Source: Octopus sinensis (lineage: Eukaryota). From it: a DNA stretch of 64,000 bases. The notes beneath the pieces were generated by a model that worked only from the letters and a program-made list of their open reading frames with translations, did not search any database and had not been told where the DNA came from. Where the stretch lies: contig NC_043003.1 of assembly GCF_006345805.1 (NCBI RefSeq), forward strand, positions 80,600,001-80,664,000, given 5' to 3'. This document shows, piece by piece, positions 1 to 14,214 of the stretch (its first letter is position 1; every line of letters starts with the position of its first letter). Position numbers and translations under genes: made by a program.

Positions 1-1451
1 GATAATGCTTTTTTGGGCTCCATCCGCTCGCTCCCACATGGTGGGGTTGTGGTGCTTAAAGTGTGGTTGGTTGCGCCTGGATTCCCTTCTCCGTTATTGA
101 TACTATGTGTGCTTCCCATGAGAGTACTAAATTGCCGTAAGTAACGCCATCAATGTTAATGGCTCATGCAAGCCCACACCAGCAGAGATTAAAAAAAACT
201 ATTGCGGATATATCTACATGTCTCTGTCTGTTTGTTTGTATCTCAGTTTGTGTGTCTATGTGTCTGTCTATCTATCAATCTATGTATATTTCTTTCTTTC
301 TTTCTTTCTATCTGTCTGCCTGTCTGTCTATTTATCCCTCTCTATCTCTAACTACCTATCTATCTACCTATCTATCTATCTTTCTATCTATCTATCTATC
401 TATCTATCTATGGAACATACATCGTAAATATATATGTACACATGCACCTGCTCACGCACTTACAAACACACATATACATAGCACATATACAGTCACAGTG
501 CTACTAGATTTCAGGCACATAGTACTGGTCAACTCAGACTTACGGAAGGATTTTTTAAAAGGGCGACTCAACTTTAAATTCGAGAAAGCATATCTTCTAG
601 ATGATCAATGACTTCTAGATGATTTAATAACCACGTCTTCTAAATGATCAGCAAGGAATCATCCAATAGCTAACACACATTAAACCAACTTTCTTTTTCT
701 ATTTGACTTCAGTTATGGAGTGTCAACTTCACACCTGAACATGGATTCTAAAACTTTGCATTGTGAGGTTAGACAGTGAATACTACAACTCCATGCAGTA
801 ATCAAGACATAATTAGCTAAGTATGAACTTGATAATGGGACTGATTTAGAGAAGACGTTTCTTGTCTATTTCTTTAATGAGCCCGTTGTCAATATACATT
901 CCGACATTATTTTTGCGAAATCTGTACCAAGATTTGTAGCAAATGCAGCTGCAACAAAGACGACGGCAATGAAACATAATTGCGTCACATGATGATACCC
1001 CAGTCGGTAGAAACGGAAATAAAATATTTATCTAAGAAAAGCTGGAAGACTTGTAGTCAGCAATGTGAGAGAAATAACAGATGCTATAATAGCAAGAAGG
1101 ATGTTTAAACGAAGGCTGAAATCACATGAAGGTCCTGAAATGTTAAATAGTTCTCTGTGTGCGTGCAGCATGAGGTGACGAAATTGATAGTCACTAAATG
1201 ATAGAAGATTAAGACGTGGTGATAAGGATGCAGGGGCATCGATGGGTTTCTAGATACTAAGTGCACATAAAGATCTTGCTGGAATCCAAGAATTGGTCTG
1301 TTTCTTGGACTATGCGTAAACGCAAGTGCTCGTAAAGAGCTGTGTCCAGACACTACGCTTTTGGAAGAACAAACTAAATCAGAGCTTACTTATATGCAGG
1401 GATGAAGATTTACTGTTGCTACCGAAACTTTCATTATTGTTGTGCACAACA

Positions 1452-1683
1452 GGCAGTGAGCTGGCAGAATCCATAGCACGCCGGGTGAAATGTTTAATGG
1501 TATTTCGTCTGCTCCTACATTCTGAGTTCAAATTCCGCCTAGGTCGACTTTGCCTTTCATCCTTTCGGGGTCGATAAATTAAGTACCAGTTACACACTTG
1601 GGTCGATATAATCGACTAAATCCCTTTGTCTGTCTTTGTTTGTCCACTCTATGTTTAGCCCCTTGTGGGTAGTAAAGAAATAG
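1452..1683 (+). mobile_element. tRNA-derived SINE, family A (full unit)
   Basis: A-box-like TGGCAGAATC, B-box-like GAGTTCAAATTCC, GGGGTCGA-N5-TCGAC hairpin and GTAAAGAAATAG tail; many similar copies in the window. Confidence 0.8.
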
Positions 1684-1800
1684 TTATTTCGTCTGCCGCT
1701 ACTTTCTGAGTTCAAATTCCGCCGAGGTCGACTTTGGCATTCATCCTTTCGGAGTCGATTAAATAAGTACCAGTTACGGACTGGGGTCGACTGGTCAATC
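1684..1800 (+). mobile_element. Headless family A SINE unit fused to the tail of the previous unit
   Basis: Starts at internal TATTTCGTCTGCCG directly after AAAGAAATAG. Confidence 0.7.
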
Positions 1801-4139
1801 CTATCATCAGAAATAAAAATAACTATTAAAATCTCATCTACAGTATAGTGCAGTAAACGAAAAGTATGACATTGCCTTAATCTCACAAAAACAACTTTGA
1901 CACAGGCGTATGGGAAGCAGAACGTAGCTGCAATACTCTCCCAATCCTCATTTGAGGACTGGGAGAGCATTGAATGTCGTGGAAGACAGAAACAGATGGG
2001 GAACTGATCAGTGAATACAGAGTTCGACGAAATGAAGCTAGAGTGGAATAGAGGTCTGATTTAACATCCCCGTAGTTTGCGCCAAAAGAGTAAACGTATT
2101 AAATTGTGGCCAGAGAAATAAGTAAACAACTTGTTAACAAAACGAACGATATGAACTACAGCATGAACAATAAGCACAACATGGCTGCGATTAAAAGTGA
2201 ATCAATAATAGAATCAGCAAAATAACTGTAAGATATAAGGATATGCTTTTGGAGATAATTCTACTTTACTTTTGTTTACATCAAGTACAAGATGTATTCT
2301 TACAAGAGAAATGTCTCCTTGAAGTAAAGTAAACAACATAGAGGATAACAAAAACAGAAATTCTTTAATTACACAGCAATCCTCATTCATTGTAATAACA
2401 TTTCAGCGCTTTAGAATGTCAATTTGAGTGATACACTTAACAACAAGTTCAACAACATCAGAAGCGCAAAAGCATGCATTGAGATTCGATTTGAACAACT
2501 AAGACTAGAGTCTCCGAAAGCCTTTTGATAGTGTTGCTAGTGTAAAGAGGACAAGAAAACATGTGACCTCACGAACTCATAGAAAGAAAAGCAAGGTCTG
2601 TAGCCGAAGCATGTGACTAAAGGACAAACCTCTGCGGTCTTTAGAAACCGGCAAGGTGGAAGGTTGAATACCTCTGCATCTCTAAATATCTCTGCTAATT
2701 GGTGTTTATATACCCTTATAAACACCAATTAGATGTGATTTTGGTTAACGTATGCACCAATATTTTCTAAATTAATCAGGCTAGAGCAATGTGTGTATGC
2801 ATTTCAAAACTGACGACGAAGCGAGAAGGGAATGGTGTAAACTATGGCATAATACATATGCACTTATGCTATTCCCACATTCAGAGGTTAGCGCAAATAT
2901 AGAATCATGTCGAAGAACACTGGCAAGGAAGTTTACCTGGGTTAACCGTACCGTTTATAGTGGTTAAATAAAGGGTATTCATAACATTTTAATATCCAAT
3001 AAGAAAAGCGATTAACATAAAATAAATTAAGAGTCACATGAGAACGTTTTAGATTGCGTAGCTGCAAAAGTAGAGAAAGGCTGATAGAATCAGTCCTTTG
3101 CAGAATCAGCAACATACTTAGTAAGAAATATAAGCTGCTATTTCTGAAATATTCCGGTTGCAACTCGCCCGAAGCTCGATGTCTTGCTGCCTCCCAGTTG
3201 CTTGAACAGGACAATCAAGAATTTGACCCAATTTGAGTTCTCCAAATAGTACCGTACCAACATCTTTCTTCGAAAGGGTGAAATTGTTTGAATTCATCGT
3301 CTTCATCCCTCGTTCTTTAATTCTTTATCGCTGCTTACTCCTCCTGACATATATTGAAAAGACAAGGCGCAATTTCTTGATCTTTGTCGCTATTGACGGC
3401 TAAAGCCGTCCTGGTTATGACATTATACTGCATGCACTGGTTGGGTCCTGGATTGAGAGATCCCGTCTTTTGAAGAGTGTGGGACCACCTCTTAGCCACT
3501 ATTTTCCCCAGTTCTATTCTGACACGGTGTAGTAGCAATTATCAAAGCCTCAGCTAATAGTTAATTAACATATGGCTTGTCTAACAATGCGTAAGAAGAC
3601 TTGATCTAGCGTATACTATGGAGAAAACCTACGGGTATCAACGGAGGAGAAGGCGTCTGCAGCAACGCATTATAGGATGCAGAGAGAATGCTGTGGTATG
3701 TAAGCCATCTTGATCATCCTGTGCATCCATCTCCATCCCCAACCATACTAACTAATCTTGTCTTGCTACTGGACTGAAGATGGTAACAACGAGAGAGTGA
3801 GGTTGACGGCACAATACACTTCCTTTTGAATAAGTAATCACTCACCCTCATTGAAGATTAAGTGTTCTTCTAAAGACTCGTTCAACTGAAATATGTAAAT
3901 ACAGGTAGATATTTCCAGGGAAGGATTTTTTTCTTGTTTGTTTTTTCGAGTCAGATCATTGTTAAACACGATCAACAACATTAGCAATGATAACGACCCT
4001 TGGCTGAATATGATTGCAACTTTATTTAATCAAACATGAAGGGATGAAAGAAAGAGATTTTGTCTCAGAAAGTAGAAACACGGAGCAAATACCACGTAGC
4101 ACAACACTCTAAAGACTCTTACGGCTCAAAATATTAATT

Positions 4140-5600
4140 TCAAATTTTGGCAGAAATATTAATTTTTGGCAGAAAGCCAGCAATTTCGAGGGTGTGGGTA
4201 AGTCGATTACACCTCAGTTGGCGGCGAGCTAGCAGAAACGTTAGCACGCCGGGCAAAATGCGTAGCTGTATTTCGTCTGCCGTTACGTTCTGAGTTCAAA
4301 TTCCGACGAGGTCGACTTTGCTTTTCATCCTTTCGGGGTCGATAAATTAAGTACCAGTTACGCACTGGGGTCGATATAATCGACTTAATCAGTTTGTCTG
4401 TCCTTGTTTGTCCCCTCTATGTTTAGCCCCTTCTGGGTAATAAAGAAACAGATTACACCTCAGTCTTCGCCTGGTACGTAATTTATCGACCCAGAATGGA
4501 TAAAATGCAAAGCAGAACTCGGTTAAATTTGAAATTAGAACTAAAAAACGGACTAAATATTAAAGCATTTTGCATGGAATGTTAACGATTCTGCTAGCTC
4601 ACCACCTTTCCTCGCTCATAATATCTGATTTCAAATTAAGCCACAAGTTCAGGAATTTCGGGATATGGGGGGTGGGAGTCGATTACATAGACCCTAATAC
4701 TCAACTGGTACGCATCTTTTCGAAATCGATAGGATGAAAGTCGACCTAAGCGGAATTGGAACTCAGAACGTTATGACGGATGAAATATCGCTAAGAATTT
4801 TGCCCGGCGTGCTAACGATTCTTTTCTACTCTAGACTCAAGGCCCAAAATTTTGAGGGAGGGGCCAGTCGATTAGATCGACGCTAGTACGCAACTAGAAC
4901 TTAATTTACCGACCCCGGGAGGACGAAAGACAAAGTCGACCTCAGCGGAATTTGAACTCAGAACGTGATGACACACGGAATGCTTATTTCTTTATTGCCT
5001 ACAAGGGGCTAAACATAGAGGGGACAAACAAGGACAGACAAAGGGATTTAGTCGATTACATCAACCCCAGTGCGTCACTGGTACTTTATTTATCGACGCC
5101 TAAAGGATTAAAGGCAAATCGACCTCAGCGTAATTTGAACACATAACGTCACGGCAGACGAAATACCGTTAAGCATTTCGCCCGGTGTACTAACGATTGC
5201 GCTGATTCGTCAATTTTGACGTGTCAGTGGAAGGCAATATGCTGGTCGAAATGCTTAGCGGTATTTCGTCTGCCGCTACGTTCGACTTTGCTTTCATCCT
5301 TTCGGGGTCGATTAAATAAGTACCAGTTCCGCACTGGGGTCGATATAATCGACTTAATCCGTTTGTCTGTCCTTGTTTGTCCTCTCTGTGTTTAGCCCCT
5401 AGTGGGTAGTAAAGAAATAGGTATTTCGTCTGCCGGTACGTTCTGAGTTCATATTCGGCCGAGTTTGACTTTGTCTTTCGTCCTTTCGCACTCGACAAAA
5501 TAATGTACCAATTTAGTACTGTGAGCGAAATAATTGACTTAACCACCCCATTCGAACTTGCAGGCGTTGTGCCGAAATTTGAAACCAATATTAAGACAGT
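4140..5600. mobile_element. Nest of about 7 family A SINE units in both orientations
   Basis: Four head-to-tail units on minus (about 5195 to 4140), one plus unit at 4219-4450, two plus units at about 5230-5595, all sharing the GTTAGCACGCCGGG / GAGTTCAAATTCC / GTCGA core. Confidence 0.8.
4219..4450 (+). mobile_element. Family A SINE inserted into another SINE, with 14-bp target-site duplication
   Basis: GATTACACCTCAGT occurs at 4205-4218 and 4451-4464. Confidence 0.85.
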
Positions 5601-6071
5601 GGAGCTCCGATGAGTAAACATAACTGAAATAACATAGGAATCCCTAGGTGTTGGGTCCTCTTGCGTATTATATTGATAACAGTGGTGGAGCACATTGATT
5701 AGGCAGAGTTAAAGTAAATTGTAGAATTTGTACATAGTAATAGTGTAAGCGTGAAGCATTTATACAATTATAGATAGGGGCAGAGTCAACGTCACCTCAG
5801 TAATTAATTCATGGTTTTACAGTTCTAATCCCGCAGCAGTAATTTTGGATTGTCTCCCTTTTACAACTAGTATTTACAAGATTATGAACTAATATGTATG
5901 CTCGACACATTGTTGCAGATTTTTGCTGCTCCAAGTAGTAAATGTTTTATACTAAACGAGTTCCACATGTGTCTGTATGATTGTGCTTGTGCGTGTCTAT
6001 GTGTATGCATTTATGCATAAATATAGATATATTACATTTATGTTATTTATATGTATTTATATGTATTTCTG

Positions 6072-6154
<83 letters not shown>

Positions 6155-6176
6155 ATATACATATTTTATATATATT

Positions 6177-6264
<88 letters not shown>

Positions 6265-6618
6265 TATAGATATGAATACATACACCCATAAGTATATGTA
6301 TATATGCATTTTTTCCCCTCTTGCTTTTAGTGCATGTTTCAATTGTCTCGTTAATATTATATATTTGACATGTCAAATATAACCACTTATTTCTTATCAC
6401 TCTATCATTTGCTATTTTCACAATTACTTATATAGTTTTAGTTTGTTATTATGCGTCAGCTTTTCCATAAATATTATCCGCATTTTTTCTGCATTTTTCT
6501 ACATTATCACAGTGATTAATCGAAAGAGTTAAGCATTGTTTTGTGCCTGTTTTCTTTATCAGCAGAATTTTAGTCTCGTTCTACACAAATAGATATTTTA
6601 GTATACATATATCTATAA

Positions 6619-6668
<50 letters not shown>

Positions 6669-7127
6669 CACTTTCTGTCTTTAATACTTTAATTCATTTT
6701 TGCTTCATCATTTGAGATCAAAATATCCAGTGTACTTATTCTCTTTCTTAACCTTGTTATACTGTTGATATAGCTTTTATTTACATATTTATACAGTACA
6801 GAATGAATATAGTTCGTCCTACAGTAATTCAGTTTTACTCGAATGGAATATACTATGTAATTTCGTGTGCAGTAAAACATTTCTTTATTGAAATGATGAG
6901 AAAATATTTTCTTTTCCTATTATGCTAGTTGTGCAACATTCGAATTTCCAATTTACTTTTCAATTAATGTATTTTCCGACTTCGTCGAATATCCATCCGT
7001 CCATTCAAACATCCATCCGAAAGCACACTTATCCATCGAGCCGGCCAGTAATCCTTACCTACCTACCTACCTACCTACCTCCCTATCTACCTACCTACAT
7101 ACATACCTACATACATACATGCATATA

Positions 7128-7296
7128 GGCGTAGGAGTGGCTGTGTGGTAAGTAGCTTGTTTACCAACCACATGGTTCCGGGCTCAGTTCCACTGCGCGT
7201 CACCTTGGCCAAGTGTCTTCTTCTATAGCCTCGGGTCGACCAAAGTCTTGTGAGTGGATTTAGTAGACGGAAACTGAAAGAAGCCCGTCGTATATA

Positions 7297-7375
<79 letters not shown>

Positions 7376-7582
7376 TAGTGTGTCTGTGTTTGTACCCCAA
7401 CATCACTTGACAACCGATGCTGGTGTGTTTACGTCACCGTAACTTAGCGATTCGGCAAAAGAAACCGATAGAATAAGTACTAGGCTTACAAAGAATAAGT
7501 CCTGGGGTCGATTTGCTCGACTAAAGGCGGTGCGACAGCCTGGTTACAGTCAAATGACTGAAACAAGTAGAAGAGTAAAAGA
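7128..7582 (+). mobile_element. tRNA-derived SINE, family B, with internal (TA)n(TG)n
   Basis: GGCGTAGGAGTGGCTGTGTGGTAAG head, CCTTGGCCAAGTGTCTT core-like segment, GAAACAAGTA tail; close match to 40815-41172. Confidence 0.8.
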
Positions 7583-8812
7583 GTAAACGAGTATACATAC
7601 ATACAATTCATTCGCCCATAAACCTCGAAATACTCACAATCAAAAACTGTTTTATGCACACACATACGACGTGCAATCTGTCTCACGCGCGCGCGTGCAT
7701 CTTCCCCCACCCACAAATGCACTTAATCACACAGATATATATACACAAAGACATCTGATTTGCCTAACAAAATGAGTTTTATGCATACACGTGTAATCTG
7801 TCACACACACACACACACACACAAACAAATATACACACAATCACATACACACACATATATACACACACAGACATCAGATTTGCCTATAAATCCCGAAATA
7901 ACTCCAAATGCCAAAAAAGTAAATGAATAAATAAATAAGAGCGCAACAGTCAAGATATTTAAATCAGTCCGAAGCTTATCTGTTTGAATATTCTGCAATG
8001 GATATATTCACACAATCACAAATATATATGTTTTATGAACATATAAACACCCATGTGATGTACAATCTATTCCTCACCCTGTCTCTCTTACTGTTTCTCT
8101 CCATCTTCCTCTTTCTCTCACACACACGCACACACAAACAGAAACAAACAAAAAGCCACTCACACACACACACACAAAATAAAATACATATATACATAGA
8201 CATATTCGGAAATTTAATGTGCCTGCGAGTTGTGTTATTCATATTAGTTGGAAAATGGGTTCTGTTTTTTAAGCTGTTTATGTTAAGAGTGTTGGGCATT
8301 CATTCATTATATAAAATAAATTTCAAATTTTTATTGAGCGATGGTTGTTAACTGTGTTGTGCTTTATTGTTTGGTTGGGATCCTGTAGAATGTGATGTGT
8401 AATATTGAAAAATATGATTTGTGTGAGTTAAGAATGATTGTATGCGATATGTTTTACACACCGAACTTGTGCTACTTACGAGGCAATGACACAGAAGTGG
8501 ATTTTCTAGCTATTTATACATTCGTATATTTTGATATCCTTTTAAATATTTTTACCATTTTTTTTAGATTTTTGGTAGTTTTGTTCAAATCAAAATCAAT
8601 GGATTTCTTTTCCAGTTGGTAGTTATTGCATGCATCTTTTTTATATGTATGTAGAAAGGTATTATATTTTGTTATGTCTCTTCTTACAGTACATTCCATT
8701 GGTTCGCTACTAAGTAATTTTCTGATCTTGCTGTTGACAATATATGCAACAGACTCATCCTTCTATGATATAAATGAATAAATATAATATAAATATAAAT
8801 ATATATATATGT

Positions 8813-8905
<93 letters not shown>

Positions 8906-8935
8906 ATATATAGATATAGATAGATAGATAGATAG

Positions 8936-8989
<54 letters not shown>

Positions 8990-9399
8990 ATATAAATAAT
9001 ATGGGTGGCTTATTCGCAATCTTACAATCTAAAGATAAAATATAGACGTCACGAAAGTGATTAAGGGCAACACACACAGACACACACATGCACAGACACA
9101 CATACACACACACACGTATATATGTTTATGCGTAAAAGAAAATTAGGCAGTAGTTATGAAAGGTGAATATATTTAATTAACCACTTGACATCATGAGGAT
9201 TGTCAAAAACAGGAAGGGATAAGGAAAGGAAGTAAGGTAGTTCGTGCAAAAACATAATATTAATGAGTTTAATAGTAAACAGACAGTTGCTGGTATAAAA
9301 ATGATATCAGAATGATAGTAGTGCATTGAATAACAGTAACTTTCGAATAGTTAAAAGGTCAAAAGGCCACTCATAAATGCCTATGAACCATAATTTTAA

Positions 9400-10442
9400 T
9401 GCCAACACATGAATATAAGTCGTTCATGCATGCTAGCCATAACTAATCTTACACTTAATTATTACATCAACATATATAAACTCTCTAATCTAGATCATGA
9501 CAATTGAATAATTTCCCTGTGTTATTTAAACATAATTTAGGCTTACCTCATTAGCAATAGATAATGTATTAGACCATATCCAGATATTCAACCGCGTAGA
9601 TTACTACATCTCTACCTTGTTAACCATAAGTGTATCTCTCCTTAATGATAGATAATATATTAAAACATGTTTACATATTCTGCAATTTGTAGAAATATAT
9701 GTCATTCATTGACATCAGTACCTTGAATACAGATCGTTCCCATATGCTCACTATTCCTAACTTATCCTTAATTACGAAGCCTACACTTAATAACCTTTAT
9801 AACTCACAGCAACACAAATAAATAAATCCCTATCTCAGTTAATCCTAATTTGGTGTCTTATCTCTTCCATTTTTTTATATTTTATTTAAGAATGGTCGAT
9901 TCCCGGAACTAAGATCTTTCATGTGCAATACTATATCTTTAACTTAAGTGGCATTACTAGCCTAATTTTATCTAGACTCGATCATCCATACATTGTATAT
10001 ACTCACAGCTGAATCGTTTGTGTAACTGTGATGTTATTTTGATCTGATGAGCTAGCTTCCTTTACTTGTATTGATTTGTGAATATACAGTTGCATTACAT
10101 AATGTATAACCATGCATATTAGTGCAGAAGTGTAAATGTAACTTATTATACACAGATATTATCATTTCATGAAGAAGGTTGCGAGGTCGTAGTCCTGAGG
10201 GTGAGAAATGATTAAATAAGTATATTCACCTCTCATATCTCATGCCATTTGATGGTTTTATCCTCATGAAATAATCTCTTGGATCTGATTCTTTGGATTT
10301 CCACTGCATGGAACTCTGCGTCATACTCCTGTGCATTGGATTACAATGTGTTCGGCAGGGTGAGTCTCCTAGAGGAGCTTTCTGTGATAGCCAAACGATT
10401 CTATGAATCTATATATTACTATACAAATCTATCTATCTATCA

Positions 10443-10531
<89 letters not shown>

Positions 10532-12340
10532 GATTCATACATAGACCCATACATACATGCATACATATATTCATACATACATACATGTATACACGCTCTC
10601 ATACAAATATATTTGGGCTTTATATTGATGAATTCCAAATGATCTCGTATTTTCCTGAGAAGTTTTTTTCTCTCTGAAAGCTATCCTATTGACATAAAAT
10701 TGATTTTATTGTGCTTATGTAGTAAATGATATCATGGCTAGTATATTTATGTTTTCCTTTTAATTCCTAATATTCAGTTCTTTCACATTTATGTTCTGGT
10801 CCGTATCAACGCCCTCAACTCTTAAATACTTGTGTATGTGATGCTGATGTAAGCTTTAATTTCCTTACATTTATCCATTATGATATTCTCAGTTTTAGTT
10901 AATTTGCCCCATTTGTTGTAGGTTTGGCGCATTTGTCTAATCCCAAACTGAATTTTATGTGTTGACTGAATTAGAAAAAAAGAACTTCTAGTAGCTTTCC
11001 CAGCTCAGCATTGTCAGTTGTAAATATTTTTAATTCATTTATGGACGAAAAATAATTTATAGTTTGTCCATAACATCTATAGCTGTAGGGGTTTTTCATT
11101 CAATAAATGTGTTAATAGAAGCAATGATTGTCAAATGAAACCGAATTTCGCTGAATTTTTTTTATGATTGTAGTTTTAGTTTTCATTAAATTTTATTTGC
11201 CTTATGGTGATACTGATGGTTTATAGCCATGCAACTATTCCGCGCCCTGTTACTGTTACTATGGTAATATGCCATTTCTCTCTAGTTGAGTATTTAGTCA
11301 GTTGTTGGGTATGGGCGAATAAGCTCTATATAATAATGACACACAAGTATTAGGATGGAGATTATAAATTTTACGAATTCATGCCATGTTTTTTCTCCAG
11401 AAAACATCAAGGTGTTAACTCTGATACTGAAGCAGTGGAATTGTCACTATGACCTTTCCTTCTTTTACAGGTCCCTGGAATTCTTTCCAGCATGAGCGCA
11501 AACATGAGGTAGTCAAGGCTTAAAATCTATTCTTTCTTTGATAATAGTGATCAGTCTGATACAATGCGTTTGATTTCTTTTTACGACAGCTCCACACACT
11601 GCTTGTAATGTATCCAGCTCTGTTTCATGCTTTAAGTCTGAAAGAATTTGATCCTGCATCACAGGAAATAATTTTCAGTCATCGATTTGAAGCCTTCCCT
11701 TATTGGTTGAGATATTTCTTGGCCCATCTCCAGCTTGTTCACTTTCTTCATCTATAGGTTATCGAATAGTTTAATCTTCTTATTTCTTTAAGATGTGATA
11801 ATAAAGTCTCACTGTTAATTTAATGTTTAACTTTTTATAATTTCTATTGTTTTTTGCTCATTCCTCCCTACAATTATCTAGCGTATATTTCAATCTGTAT
11901 TTGGTATTTGTACGAATACTTGCAGACGGAAAATATGTTTGCATTGCTTGTTCCTTGTTCCTAGATAACTTGGATTAAATTTCTATTCCTTATATATCGG
12001 ATTATAAATAAATTCATTTAATGAATTTACTTATAATCCCATAGAGGACAATTTCAAGTAGTCTTCATGGTTTTAAATACATTTGCTCCACTGTTTTTAT
12101 GGTAAATATAATTTCATTATGCATGATTGTCCACAGTCTATTCTAAATGCAATCATAATTTTGCTTTCCTTCATTTCTAATCTTGCTAATATATTTGTCG
12201 TTCTGCTCAGAATATTATAGTTAAGATTTATTACTCTCACAGCTAGATTACAGTAGCCCATTATCTATGTTTTATTTACATCTCTTTTCAATCTTCATCT
12301 AATACTGCCTAATTTATTAGTCTCTAACTATTTGTAAGTT
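9400..12340 (-). pseudogene. Degenerate R4/Dong-clade (RLE-type) LINE relic
   Basis: Minus-strand remnants FSLGLDKCAK (RT), SSRRLTLP (thumb) and NCRICKH (CCHC); many stops; interrupted by (TATC)n. Confidence 0.6.
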
Positions 12341-12396
12341 TTTGGTCGGTTTACTTCTCTATGTGTTTCCTATTTAGCAGCCGTAAAAGCGGAACA

Positions 12397-12423
12397 ATGA
12401 TAATAATAATAATAATAATAATA

Positions 12424-12466
<43 letters not shown>

Positions 12467-12467
12467 C

Positions 12468-12516
<49 letters not shown>

Positions 12517-12520
12517 TAAA
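12397..12520. repeat. (AAT)n microsatellite
   Basis: Directly visible. Confidence 0.95.
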
Positions 12521-12524
12521 AAAT

Positions 12525-12960
12525 AATGCCTTGATGCAATTCCAGGCAGTGGAATTATCATGGGAGTGTTATCATGTACATTGTTTTGTCTTGGTATAAA
12601 GGATGGGCTACAACAAATATTCTGCTCAATACCACAGATTTGCTTGTCAGTTGCATGACCATAACTAGTTGAGCATGTCCCTTAATGGATGATGTTATGT
12701 GCATCTCTGATCACGAGCAGAAGTAGTAGGGGAGCATCATAGCCATGTGTTGCGAGGAATTCTTTGGGGCTTGAATAATTCACCTCTGGAAACATGGGTG
12801 TTTTGTTCATCATTCTTAAACAAACGTTATTCAAGGACCTTTTGATCAGGATGCGCTACTGAACCTGAATAAATTCTAACTGGGCCCCACCTGCAAGGTC
12901 GTACGCTATTTATCTTCATATAAGATCACCATGTTGTGAACACGTGGTTGTGATGCGTGA
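12525..12960 (-). mobile_element. Probable retroelement 3' segment ending in an (ATT)n tail
   Basis: Non-coding block abutting the (AAT)n tract; single copy in the window, so the call rests on geometry and recollection of similar repeats. Confidence 0.3.
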
Positions 12961-12964
12961 GCCT

Positions 12965-13930
12965 GGTGTACCTTTATATTAAGTCTTTCATACAATTTCC
13001 ACTTGTATTGAGTTGTGGGACAGTCTTCACGTCCGCAATCTCCACATGCTCCTATAGAATGGCTAAAACACTCGCCGGATCACGGCGAGCCGGCACGTTC
13101 TTGACTCGAATTCGAGTCAAACTTTTACCCATTTTTTCTGGTTTCTGTTCACTGTCGCGTTTAGCAGCAACCGTCCCTTATATTTTAACTTTCTATGTGT
13201 GTAGCATTGAGGGCCACATATCTTCGAGGCACTTTTCAGTCACTACCGGAGTAAGATAATTAGATTCCCTCTCTTCGCGAGAAACACATTTATAAATAAT
13301 TGTTCAACTTTCTGAGGTACTTTTTCTCCTCCTCACTATGGCGTATAACACCTAGTTTTATAATGTCACTCCTGTATTTAAATGCCTTATTTTTTAAGTC
13401 ATCCACTGAATAAAAAGGGCAATAGCTAAGGGCTTTAGAAAAGGAAGTAGCTTTGTTGTGGTTCATTGTGTTATGATTACTGCTGCAGCTGCTGTTGTTG
13501 GTGGAGTTGTAGTCGTCGTTGTTGTTGTTGTTATTATTTTCCACATTATTGTTGTTGTTTTCAATTCTGTTATTCATGTTACTTTTGCGTTTTCGATCTT
13601 GTTCATCTTGTTGCAGTTGTTGTTGATACAATTGCAGCTATTGTTGTTGCTTCTGCTGTTTGTGGTGGCGGCGGAGGTGGTGCTGCTGCTTCTGCTGCTG
13701 TTCACATTTTTGCTGTTGCTGCTCTTCACGTTGCTGTTGCTGCTGCTGCAGTCATCGTTATTGTCATTGTTACTGGTACTTTTGCACTTGTTGCTGTCGT
13801 CCTAGCAACAAGGGGAAATTACATTTTTCTTCGGCTAGAAATTCATTTCACCTTCGTCTGTGTTTGTTTTCGGAGTCTCAACAGAACGTTGCTCTTGGTT
13901 GATTCTCATTATTTTTTTGCAATCCGACAG
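12965..13930 (-). pseudogene. Degenerate ORF with poly-Q/poly-N N-terminus, possibly L1/Tx1 ORF1
   Basis: Q-rich run broken by TAA/TAG/TGA stops, then N-rich run, then KALSYCPFYSVDDLKNKAFKYRSDIIKLGVIRHSEE and, after a frameshift, LTRIRVKNVPARRDPASVLAIL. Confidence 0.4.
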
Positions 13931-14164
13931 TTTTTAAAATGAGAAAAAAATGAATAAGATCATGTCTTCACAAAAAATGCAGAAATGCAAAACGATTATT
14001 ACACCACCAAAATAGTGGGTGTAATTGCACAAAATCACGATCCAGACAAAATACTTGTTACATAAAATTTTGATTGAACAGGCTGTAACCAGCCGAAATG
14101 CTTGATTAAACACTTACAATTTAGGCAACTCCAACATTTATGACATCACAGACTGACGGCAATG

Positions 14165-14211
<47 letters not shown>

Positions 14212-14214
14212 TAA

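Noticed and set aside
870-1010. Minus-strand frame resembling a signal peptide (VTQLCFIAVVFVAAAFA...)
   Set aside because: No start codon or convincing splice sites; short; probably chance
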